Assembly: GCA_964430885.1 (NCBI GenBank)
Contig: CAYSHM010000003.1
Location: forward strand, 32,001 to 96,000
Source of the DNA: an uncultured archaeon
GTDB taxonomy: Archaea > Thermoplasmatota > Penumbrarchaeia > JASLWR01
Direction of reading: 5' to 3'
Length of the DNA stretch: 64,000 nt
The translations under genes and the position numbers were made by a program. The notes below the pieces were generated by a model. It worked only from the letters and a program-made list of their open reading frames with translations. It was not told where the DNA came from and made no database searches. Each line of letters opens with the position of its first letter. The first letter of the stretch is position 1. This document shows positions 55,596 to 64,000 of the stretch, in pieces.

Positions 55596-57536
55596 TCAAA
55601 AAAAATCCAGGGATGCCTGGGGTTTGGGGGTTTTCTTTTTCTTTTTATCATCTTTCTCAATTACTTCTTTCTCAATTTCAATATCTGGAGCAGGCTTCTC
55701 AAATGTCTTCTTTTCTTGTTTGGGTTTTTTCGGCTTAACCGGTACTGGACCGAACAATCTCATTTGAGGTGAAGTTCCCATCCCTTCCTCTGCTGCCAAT
55801 GCCTCTTCTCCAGTATCCAATACCTTGATTTGAGACCGGTCATCCATTACAGAGGCCGCCTGAACTGATGATGGAGTTTCTTCAATAGTAGATGCGGTTT
55901 CAACAGGTTCGTCCACATCCAGAGGCATCATTCCATCCTTAAGACCATCGCCCTTTTCAGCATTGGAAGGACTTCCCTTGGTGCCCAATCGATCCACGTC
56001 AACCCCTGATTTTCTCATTTTCTCTCGTAGCACCTCAGCACGGAATAGCTTATAGTCATCCCATAAAATATCAAGTTTATCCTTCTTCTTTGTTTTCTTG
56101 GACGGTGGAACATGGTCCAAAAGCATTCCCGCCTCTTCCTTCTTTAGATTCATACTATATATAATGCTGAATAACAACTTGTTATCCGATCTGGCCATTA
56201 TCTTCAAATAGGGTATAATGGTCTTCTTGGCACAGTTGGTGGTGATGTGAAGGTGGTCCGCTATTTTCTTGGCCAGAACTGAAATCCTTTTTCTGCGGTC
56301 ACGATACACAGACATTGACTTGATATAAGACGGAAATTTCATCCTGGTCCATCCATGTCTATAGGCTTTAGAGATACATACTCCGCCTGAAGCCATCTGC
56401 CAAGCATAATACCCGAACCTGTAATGCTGCTGCCTGAAAATTCTGCCTTTGAGAACATCGGCCCTTGAGAGAACATCCATGCCTCTGGCAACCTCGCCGG
56501 GATAGCTGTAGATGCTGGGCAGGTTCTCCCATATCCACTGTATTATCAGGTCCTTCTCCTCACTGCTGTTCTCCATGGACGATATGGCCTTTGCCATGTC
56601 CCTCTCCAAAAGTATCGCTTTCATATTGTCGAATATATTTTCCCTGGAATTCCTTGAACGGTTTATTGATATGACCTGTTTAGCAGTGATCTGATCTGAA
56701 CCGACCATTATACTTTCAAGATCGTTTATAGCTCCCCTGATATCCCCTTTGGATCTGGAGGCAAGCTCCCATAATGCCAAACCTTCAGCCTTTACTCCTT
56801 CCTTAATGGTTATGTATTCCAATCTTTTCTGGATCGCCCTGGGATGAGGTTTCTTGAAATTGATGGTAGTCGTGCAGCCGTGAAGTGCACTGCTTTTTGA
56901 ACCCATGAGATCATACCATTCATTAACAATAAGTATGACTGGGTGACGCGATATCCTTATGGCCTTGATTATTTCCTTCTTACCGCCTTTATCTGTATGG
57001 TCTGCACCTCCACCGCTTCCCTCGGAATCCACCTCATATAGGTTATCGGCTTCATCCAATATTATCAAGGTCAAACTATCTCCGTCATAGCTCTTGAACT
57101 CCATATTGCCTTCCTTGGAAAAACTGAATCCCTGGTTAAGTACGCTCCTGGTCACAACTTCCCTGATCTTTGTGGCATTGCGGGCGTCGGAAGCATTCAG
57201 TTCGAACCAATCCCAGCCCATATCCGAAGCCAATGCCTGGGCACAGGTGGTTTTTCCAATACCTGGACTGCCTGAAAGGACCACGGCAGGACGGAATCCA
57301 TCAATCTTCTTTTTCCTTGGACCTGATCCTTCATAATGATCCTTGAATATCTCGGATTTATGGTCCATGGAATCCCAGCCCTTCCAAATAGGCGCGATTT
57401 CCTTCCATCGGGCTGCCCATTGCTTAAGGGTCCTTACAGCATTATCATTGCCCATGACATCCTTCAGGGTCTTAGGCCTATATTTTTCGGCCAAACCGCC
57501 GTCCTTAACCATTTTTTGTGATACATCCATCTGCAC
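55596..57536 (-). CDS. rfcL: Replication factor C large subunit
   Basis: EKYRPKTL, GSPGIGKT, ELNASD, ILDEADNL, GDIRGAINDL, terminal PIP box QASLDFF. Confidence 0.94.
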   Translation of the reverse strand: MQMDVSQKMVKDGGLAEKYRPKTLKDVMGNDNAVRTLKQWAARWKEIAPIWKGWDSMDHKSEIFKDHYEGSGPRKKKIDGFRPAVVLSGSPGIGKTTCAQALASDMGWDWFELNASDARNATKIREVVTRSVLNQGFSFSKEGNMEFKSYDGDSLTLIILDEADNLYEVDSEGSGGGADHTDKGGKKEIIKAIRISRHPVILIVNEWYDLMGSKSSALHGCTTTINFKKPHPRAIQKRLEYITIKEGVKAEGLALWELASRSKGDIRGAINDLESIMVGSDQITAKQVISINRSRNSRENIFDNMKAILLERDMAKAISSMENSSEEKDLIIQWIWENLPSIYSYPGEVARGMDVLSRADVLKGRIFRQQHYRFGYYAWQMASGGVCISKAYRHGWTRMKFPSYIKSMSVYRDRRKRISVLAKKIADHLHITTNCAKKTIIPYLKIMARSDNKLLFSIIYSMNLKKEEAGMLLDHVPPSKKTKKKDKLDILWDDYKLFRAEVLREKMRKSGVDVDRLGTKGSPSNAEKGDGLKDGMMPLDVDEPVETASTIEETPSSVQAASVMDDRSQIKVLDTGEEALAAEEGMGTSPQMRLFGPVPVKPKKPKQEKKTFEKPAPDIEIEKEVIEKDDKKKKKTPKPQASLDFF

Positions 57537-57586
57537 ACCGGTTATTTGAAGATATTTTCATGTTCGATTTTCCTGCATCCAGGTTA

Positions 57587-60238
57587 TTATGTAAGTATAT
57601 CTGAAAGCTCCAGGGAGGGCGCTGTTACAATATGTTCCAAATGGTACAGGATCTGACCTGTAGCCGCATTCAGCACCGCAAGATACTGCGTGTCCTCATC
57701 CGAATCCGAATCTGCACTGCTTAGATAATATCCCATATCCCTATCGCGGCCTGAACCTGCGTATATGGATTCCAAGGACAAAGATGGTATATCAGAAGAT
57801 GCCCCCATTCCGGTTACACCGCTGTCTATGTTCGGACCTCCGATCCCGCCCTTGGAGAAGAATATATTCTTGATCATCTCCTGCTGTCTAAATATCTTCT
57901 GAGCTCCGCCGAAGGTTACTATCTCGCCTACCTCGAAGGGATAAATATCAATTTCTCCTACATCCACATTCTGAAAGGCTTCCACAGACTGTCCTTTTAC
58001 ATGAAACCTCAAACCCTTGTCCGAACCGCTTTCTCCTAGAGTTATGTTCCACATTGAAGTGCCATCGGAGATATTGAAATATGAATCAACTACAAAGGCA
58101 TTGGGGTGAGAGAATATGAAGTTTTTGTAATCTGAACGATCATCAATAATATCCATTGCTTCCTCTATTGTAAAACCGGACATGTCACCTGAAATATTAC
58201 CTGAAACTGGAAACAGGTCCATCTGGACAAATTCACCCGCCAATTCCCCTTGATTATCATCCCATCTTTTGGCATGATGGGAGGTCTGATTATGCTGCTG
58301 ATCACAATTAAGAGAAGAAATTGAGGACGACCCCTGCTGATATCCGTTCGGCTTAAGTACTCCAATGAGATCAAAGGTGATCTGAGTACCGTCCTGTTCC
58401 TGCACTATGAAAATGCTGTATTTGACGGGAAATGCCATACCGTTGGAGATCCAAACGGAGATACTGTGCTCTCGGATACCGAAAGCGGACCTTATCTCAT
58501 CTTTGTTCAGATCTATATCCACCTTCAGAGCGGGCATACCGCCAACACTGTCAACATCGTCTATGTTCCACATATAATGAAGCCCGCCTATTCCCCCTGG
58601 TTCTCCGTCCCCGAGCCTGAATGTAAGGTTCGCCCTGAGGGAAGTAATGTCTGGATTGAGGTAATTACCGGACAGGTCCTGATAATTGATCATGGAATCC
58701 CTGATTCTATAGGGGGTATTCTGGTCCAGATCAGTATAGAGCTCCACATCCAGGTCCATCGCGTTCTTGATAGGCCAGCCCGAACTTAGATCGAAATAAT
58801 TTGATGTATGAAACATCAGATCACCTGACAGACGGGTGTTCTCGGAAAATGTACCGGCCTGATTGTAATATTCCAGGGTTGCATTCCCATATAGGTCCAG
58901 GCTCATGTTCATATCACGTCTATAGGTGTCGTGCATAGTTAAAAAACCATCATCTATCATGGAACCTGGTATTTCGTTTGCCAAGGTTTGATCACCTTGG
59001 CCCTGGACATCCATTTCTGTCAGCCGGATCTCATTATCCTCCTGCCCAAAGGATTCTATACCCTCCGGATCCATAATAATGATATTAGACTGCACATCAT
59101 AGGAAGCTGATTGACCCTTTCTCTTCTCGCTAAGCTTTACAACGATGGGCTGAATATGAATACTGACCGAGGAATTATAGATTGAATCATCAACTTGAAT
59201 GGTGTATATGATCTTGAAAGTGGTATTGGATCTGACAGTATAATGGTGTGATGGTTTCGCCTTGGATGAAAGCTCCCCGTCCCCTAAATTCCATTCCCGG
59301 TGCTGAACATCAGCTTCATTTGCATTGACAACTGTGGCCTGGAACTCAATGGATTCACCCGACGAAAAATAACTGCCGTCCTTGGGACTGTCGATCAATA
59401 CCAGAATATCGGGATTGCCATTACCTCCATTACCTTCCGTCCAATCGAAAACATTCTTCCAGGAATCAGGATATAATATGGCCAATCCAGCCAGCACAAG
59501 TATCACTGTGATAACTAAAGCGATAACTGTGTCCTTGGTTCTACTATCGTCATCATCATCACCCCTGCGCCGCTTTTTCGATTTCTTTTTCCCGGTAGGT
59601 CTATGGGAAGAATCTCTTTCTTCCTCCTCAACAGTCGGAGGTATATCATAATAATTATAGCCTTTCTCCAGAGCGGGTTCTTCCGAATTATCCAGTACTA
59701 TTACCCCATCGGATGTACCTGAACTCCTTCCTTTCCCCCGTGGACTGCCGATCAATATCACATCCTCAGGTACAGAACCCGAAACAGGGCTTACTGTGGA
59801 TACTTTGGGTTCCTTGACATGGGCATTTTTTGTGGACGCTTTTTCTTTTAAGGGCTCTTTTCGAGGGGACGGGTCCTTTGGTTTTTCCCCCTGTTCCTTC
59901 TGCAGGGAGATGACCGCAACCTTCTTGACACGGGATTTTATTGTATATTCTGGAGATCGCGCTACTGCGGATCCTCTACCCTTATCAGAAATATCTCTAT
60001 GACCTGCATTTTTCAAAGAACTTCCGGGAATGGGAACGGACCTGCTGGTAGAGATATCTCCGTCAGTGCCACCCCCAAGCTGCCCTTTTAATACCTCGGA
60101 TTTCCTTTTCTTGAACTCATCAAGATCGCTCCTGAGCAGATCTTCTAGTCCCCTTGTATCGAAACCGAGTTCAGACCATTTTCTGATCTTTTTCAGGAAA
60201 TAATCAATCTCGTCCGGCGTCGGTCTTTTCCTTGCCAT
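57587..60238 (-). CDS. Type II membrane protein: disordered N-terminal region, TM, PKD, beta-rich external domains
   Basis: Basic/low-complexity N-term, TM near aa 240, WNLGDG PKD. Confidence 0.82.
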   Translation of the reverse strand: MARKRPTPDEIDYFLKKIRKWSELGFDTRGLEDLLRSDLDEFKKRKSEVLKGQLGGGTDGDISTSRSVPIPGSSLKNAGHRDISDKGRGSAVARSPEYTIKSRVKKVAVISLQKEQGEKPKDPSPRKEPLKEKASTKNAHVKEPKVSTVSPVSGSVPEDVILIGSPRGKGRSSGTSDGVIVLDNSEEPALEKGYNYYDIPPTVEEEERDSSHRPTGKKKSKKRRRGDDDDDSRTKDTVIALVITVILVLAGLAILYPDSWKNVFDWTEGNGGNGNPDILVLIDSPKDGSYFSSGESIEFQATVVNANEADVQHREWNLGDGELSSKAKPSHHYTVRSNTTFKIIYTIQVDDSIYNSSVSIHIQPIVVKLSEKRKGQSASYDVQSNIIIMDPEGIESFGQEDNEIRLTEMDVQGQGDQTLANEIPGSMIDDGFLTMHDTYRRDMNMSLDLYGNATLEYYNQAGTFSENTRLSGDLMFHTSNYFDLSSGWPIKNAMDLDVELYTDLDQNTPYRIRDSMINYQDLSGNYLNPDITSLRANLTFRLGDGEPGGIGGLHYMWNIDDVDSVGGMPALKVDIDLNKDEIRSAFGIREHSISVWISNGMAFPVKYSIFIVQEQDGTQITFDLIGVLKPNGYQQGSSSISSLNCDQQHNQTSHHAKRWDDNQGELAGEFVQMDLFPVSGNISGDMSGFTIEEAMDIIDDRSDYKNFIFSHPNAFVVDSYFNISDGTSMWNITLGESGSDKGLRFHVKGQSVEAFQNVDVGEIDIYPFEVGEIVTFGGAQKIFRQQEMIKNIFFSKGGIGGPNIDSGVTGMGASSDIPSLSLESIYAGSGRDRDMGYYLSSADSDSDEDTQYLAVLNAATGQILYHLEHIVTAPSLELSDILT

Positions 60239-60648
60239 TGTAACCTGAACTATCTATCTGAGGCGATATATAACTTTCCGTTTGAAAGAAAAATTCAAAT
60301 ACAATTTATATTGAAATGGAAGCAGCCATTACAAAAAGCGGCGATAAACGCCACAGTAATTATATAATAAATGAGATAATTACGCTGAGTTGAGTTTCTG
60401 ATTCCATCGGTGGAAGTCTGACATATATATATGTGAACTATATTTGCATAAATATTGAGACGGTTCACCGGTATGACCAATGTTTTTACATGGGTTATAT
60501 AATCATGTGTCATTTGGCATATCAAATCCGCTTTGATACTGCGGTATATCGGTGACATACTGGAATTCACAGTAATAATGGAATCATTTGGATACCGTGA
60601 TGAAATCTGAAGGATCATCGGCATAAAAGTAGGAAAGAGGGAAATCAA

Positions 60649-61035
60649 ATGGTCGAGTTCAAGGCAGTGATAAATAATACCAAGGACGGCATGTCCTATC
60701 AGACAGAGATAATTGGACATCATGCTAATTCGCTTGTCGGAAGAAAAATAGGCGACGAGTTTGACGGAATATTCGTAGGTCTCCCAGGATACAAATTGAA
60801 GATTACTGGAGGATCCGATAGTTCGGGATTTCCAATGAGAGGAGATCTGCCGAGCAAATATAGGAAAAAGTTACTGCTCTCTGATTCCACAGGATTCAGA
60901 GAACGGAGGAAAGGACAGCGGAAGAGAAAGACTGTAAGGGGACACACCATCTCATCCGACACTGTCCAGATAAATATGAAAATAATCGCTTTCGGTTCCA
61001 AGGACCTAAGTACCTTGAAGAAGAAAGAAGAATGA
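60649..61035 (+). CDS. rps6e: 30S ribosomal protein eS6
   Basis: LVGRKIGD, LKITGGSDSSGFPMR, RKRKTVRG. Confidence 0.96.
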   Translation: MVEFKAVINNTKDGMSYQTEIIGHHANSLVGRKIGDEFDGIFVGLPGYKLKITGGSDSSGFPMRGDLPSKYRKKLLLSDSTGFRERRKGQRKRKTVRGHTISSDTVQINMKIIAFGSKDLSTLKKKEE

Positions 61036-61049
61036 AAGGAGTATAATAC

Positions 61050-62288
61050 ATGAATGTACCCCAACAACCTGAAGTCAACATTGGAATGGTTGGACATGTT
61101 GATCATGGAAAATCTACACTTACTGAGAAACTATCCGGTGTATGGACCGATAAACACAGTGAAGAGGTAAAAAGAGGCATTTCCATAAGATTAGGTTATG
61201 CTGACGCTGCGTTCTACATATGCCCTAAATGCAGTTTTCCAAAGGGGTATTCAACGAGTCCTGCCTGTCCTTACTGTCAAAGCGAAACTGAACTTCAGAG
61301 ATCGGTATCTTTCGTAGATGCTCCAGGCCACGAGACGCTCATGGCTACCATGCTTTCCGGCGCCGCTATAATGGACGGAGCAATACTTCTGATCGCTGCG
61401 AATGAGAAATGCCCTCAGCCCCAGACAAAGGAACATCTCATGGCGTTGGAGATATCCCGTGTTGAAAATATTATTATCGTTCAGAACAAGATTGACCTAG
61501 TTGATAAAAAAAGACTTCACGAGAGCTATGGGGAAATCAAGGAATTCATTAAGGGAACAGTTGCGGAAAAGGCACCAATTATTCCAATATCTGCACATCA
61601 CGATGTCAACATTGATGTCCTTTTATATTATATTGAAAAAATTATCGAAACCCCAAATTTTAATGAGGAAAAACCTGCAAGAATGCATGTGGCCAGGTCC
61701 TTTGACGTTAATAAACCCGGTGCTACTGAGAATGAGCTTATCGGAGGAGTACTGGGCGGTTCTCTCAAACAGGGAAGATTGAAGATTGGAGACGAGATAG
61801 AGATCAAACCGCCGCGAAATGTAAAGGTCGGCAACATGGATTTCAAATATGACAAACTCTCCACCACAGTTACGGGATTGATATCCGGCGGTTATGAGAG
61901 AGATGAGGTCAAACCCGGAGGTCTTATCGGCATTAGTACCTCATTCGACCCTACCTTTACAAAATCAGATGCTATGATAGGAACTGTTCTGGGAAAGAAA
62001 GGAACTCTTCCGGATACCCTGAATGAAATGACAATTGAGTGCCATCTATTGAGTTTTGTTGTAGGTATGGATAGAAAGAAAGATGTGGAGGATCTCAAGA
62101 TCAACGAGCCACTTATGCTGACCGTGGGATCATCTACTACAGTGGGCATTATCAAGAAACTGTGGGGAAAAAATAAGATCGACACATTCCTCAAATTGCC
62201 AGTATGCGCTGAAAAAGGGGAGACCGTGGCATTATCCAGACGTATAGGCGGAAGATGGAGACTTATAGGCTATGGGATTATAAAGTAA
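61050..62288 (+). CDS. eif2g: Translation initiation factor aIF2 subunit gamma
   Basis: GHVDHGKS, RGISIRLGYA, DAPGHE, NKID, RWRLIGYG. Confidence 0.97.
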   Translation: MNVPQQPEVNIGMVGHVDHGKSTLTEKLSGVWTDKHSEEVKRGISIRLGYADAAFYICPKCSFPKGYSTSPACPYCQSETELQRSVSFVDAPGHETLMATMLSGAAIMDGAILLIAANEKCPQPQTKEHLMALEISRVENIIIVQNKIDLVDKKRLHESYGEIKEFIKGTVAEKAPIIPISAHHDVNIDVLLYYIEKIIETPNFNEEKPARMHVARSFDVNKPGATENELIGGVLGGSLKQGRLKIGDEIEIKPPRNVKVGNMDFKYDKLSTTVTGLISGGYERDEVKPGGLIGISTSFDPTFTKSDAMIGTVLGKKGTLPDTLNEMTIECHLLSFVVGMDRKKDVEDLKINEPLMLTVGSSTTVGIIKKLWGKNKIDTFLKLPVCAEKGETVALSRRIGGRWRLIGYGIIK

Positions 62289-62356
62289 TCTCTTGATTTT
62301 TTTTTCTGTTCTTATTCTTGATTCTTATTCAATATAAATCCCCGCAGATGATTAGA

Positions 62357-62734
62357 ATGATGGACCTCGGAAAAATAAAAATTATAGCCGATACAAACGC
62401 CCTCCTTATGCCGTTCCAGTTCAACATAAACCTTGATAGTGAACTAGATAGATTGTTCGGCATGTGGAAATTATATGTGCCCAAGTGTGTCATCTCCGAA
62501 CTTGAGGGGTTATCCAGGGACATGCCCAAGGCCAAGACCGCACTGATATTTTCCAAAAGATATGAGATTATCGAGACTTCTCGTAGAGGAGACGAAGGAG
62601 TACTGGAAGCCCTGAAGAAGATAGAGGGTTACCTGATTACAAACGACAAGATTTTAAAGAAAAGAGCCTTGGAAATTAGTAGCGGCATAATATACCTGAG
62701 AAGCGGAAATCACCTTGAGATACTTAACCCCTAA
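62357..62734 (+). CDS. PIN-domain nuclease (Fcf1/Utp24-like)
   Basis: IADTNALL, VISEL, LITNDKILK; conserved rps6e-eif2g-PIN order. Confidence 0.88.
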   Translation: MMDLGKIKIIADTNALLMPFQFNINLDSELDRLFGMWKLYVPKCVISELEGLSRDMPKAKTALIFSKRYEIIETSRRGDEGVLEALKKIEGYLITNDKILKKRALEISSGIIYLRSGNHLEILNP

Positions 62735-63780
62735 ACCAAATCATTCATCTTCTTCCTTTTTTCATTAGCCAAAAGGTGAGCCTGCCTCAGAGGTTCAGGA
62801 ATCCTGAACCGGCAGAGACTTTTCACCGTATCCAAGGTAGTCTGGGGTGAGATCCGATGGCCAGGGGAGATATATATCGGGTTTTTACATCGCGCGGTCG
62901 GCAAATATTCATATCCAATTACCTCACCCTGCCTGATTAGTGGAACAGCCTCCTCAGGGATTTTGAATGAAGCCCTTCTTTTGCCTCTTCCCGGGTTTTG
63001 TTCACCATGAACATTAATTCGTTCACAGCATCCCTTTAAAAGCTTCTTGGCAACACCAATTGTCGATCTATTAAGAAGAACGCCCGCATGTGATGCCAAA
63101 CCCAATCCCAAGGGATGAATTACCCCGTTTCCGTCCAAAATGAGAATATCCCAATCATTAAACGATTTTACCAACTCCAGAATTAATGGAAGTTCCCTGT
63201 AGGATAGATATGTGGGGATATATGGTGTGCGGACTTCAGCCGAAACATATTTTACATCAATTATTTCATTCTTTTTCAGGTCCCATAGGACCAATGCACC
63301 GACACCTAGATCTTTGTCAGAGCCTTGGATCCTTTGATATGATACATCCGCCCCCGCACATAAGTTTAATTGATTAAATGAATCCTCGAGAGATACCTTC
63401 AAGGACAATTCCATCTGTTCTTTCCGAAACAACTCCAGAATCCGCTCTGTGCAGAATTCTCCGAATAAAAGGCTTTTAAAATTATCAATTTTTCCTCCAG
63501 CTACCAAAACCTCTTCCTTCCTGAGAATAAGCTCTTTACGATGCGAGCCAGTAGCAAAACCACCTAGAGAGCCATCACCCATCACAACCCTATGGCAGGG
63601 TACAGAGGGAGCATACTGGTTCCTGTTCAGCATCAAACCAACTGCCCTGGACGCCCTGATATCCCCCAAAGCCAAGGCCACTGCTCCATAAGTAGTAACC
63701 CTTCCTTCAGGTACCTGTCTCACAATATGATAGAATTCATCTAGAACCTTGTGGTCATCCAAGCTTATCAATGTAACCAC
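62731..63780 (-). CDS. nfi: O6-alkylguanine alkyltransferase-endonuclease V fusion
   Basis: VPEGRVTTYG...RAVG...VPCHRVV followed by GADVSY, YIPTYLSYRE, LDGNGVIHP, GVAK, YISPGH. Confidence 0.92.
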   Translation of the reverse strand: MVTLISLDDHKVLDEFYHIVRQVPEGRVTTYGAVALALGDIRASRAVGLMLNRNQYAPSVPCHRVVMGDGSLGGFATGSHRKELILRKEEVLVAGGKIDNFKSLLFGEFCTERILELFRKEQMELSLKVSLEDSFNQLNLCAGADVSYQRIQGSDKDLGVGALVLWDLKKNEIIDVKYVSAEVRTPYIPTYLSYRELPLILELVKSFNDWDILILDGNGVIHPLGLGLASHAGVLLNRSTIGVAKKLLKGCCERINVHGEQNPGRGKRRASFKIPEEAVPLIRQGEVIGYEYLPTARCKNPIYISPGHRISPQTTLDTVKSLCRFRIPEPLRQAHLLANEKRKKMNDLV

Positions 63781-63998
63781 ATAGGCAGTTGCTTATCAAA
63801 TCCGGAAAGACGGAGACCTGTTACAGCAGCTGTAGAATAATCCTTAGCCAGCAACAAATCCGAACTTAATCCTCCCAGCTCGGAGAGGGAAAGACCTACC
63901 AATGCTCTGACCAATTCACTTCTGTACATGTCAATCCAATCGGACAGCCGTGCACCCAGTTCCTCCGCGATACGGGGGTCCATTTCCGGCTCCCCTAG
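63768..63998 (-). CDS. C-terminal fragment of unknown protein (partial)
   Basis: Frame stays open to the window end; stop overlaps the start of the AGT-EndoV gene. Confidence 0.55.
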   Translation of the reverse strand, partial: LGEPEMDPRIAEELGARLSDWIDMYRSELVRALVGLSLSELGGLSSDLLLAKDYSTAAVTGLRLSGFDKQLPMWLH

Positions 63999-64000
63999 CA

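Noticed and set aside
60295-60723. 142-aa minus-strand ORF in the divergent promoter region
   Set aside because: Overlaps the rps6e start, has no RBS or motif, and is likely spurious.
1-64000. Recoding (Sec/Pyl), inteins or tRNA introns
   Set aside because: Recognised genes are full length with normal stops, no intein motifs were seen in rfcL, thrS or glmS, and all four tRNAs are uninterrupted.

Overview
An archaeal chromosomal segment, most likely from an uncultured Thermoplasmatota lineage. Evidence: archaeal uL16/eS6/uS2, Rpo6, aIF2-gamma, archaeal ThrRS, RFC-L, Alba, a PGF-CTERM surface protein, an AGT-EndoV fusion, and GGTGA/GGAGG ribosome-binding sites. Housekeeping genes and four tRNAs (Ser-GGA, Gly-GCC, iMet-CAT, Val-CAC) are interleaved with many large membrane-anchored Ig/PKD/CARDB surface proteins. 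No CRISPR array, integrase, transposase or rRNA was seen. The most notable signals are: (1) an orphan three-gene operon of phage-tail/contractile-injection-like proteins (33473-35303); (2) a bacterial-type Hsp90 (htpG) next to a protein with a ubiquitin-like domain and two Zn ribbons; (3) a circularly permuted Omp28-like domain; (4) a prepilin-like giant protein carrying a C39-like peptidase; (5) a 29-bp G-U-rich hairpin in the TRAM gene leader; (6) several catalytically degenerate enzymes (M28, ThiI); (7) membrane proteins sharing Trp-acidic tails. All family calls come from recognising motifs by eye; no database search was run.
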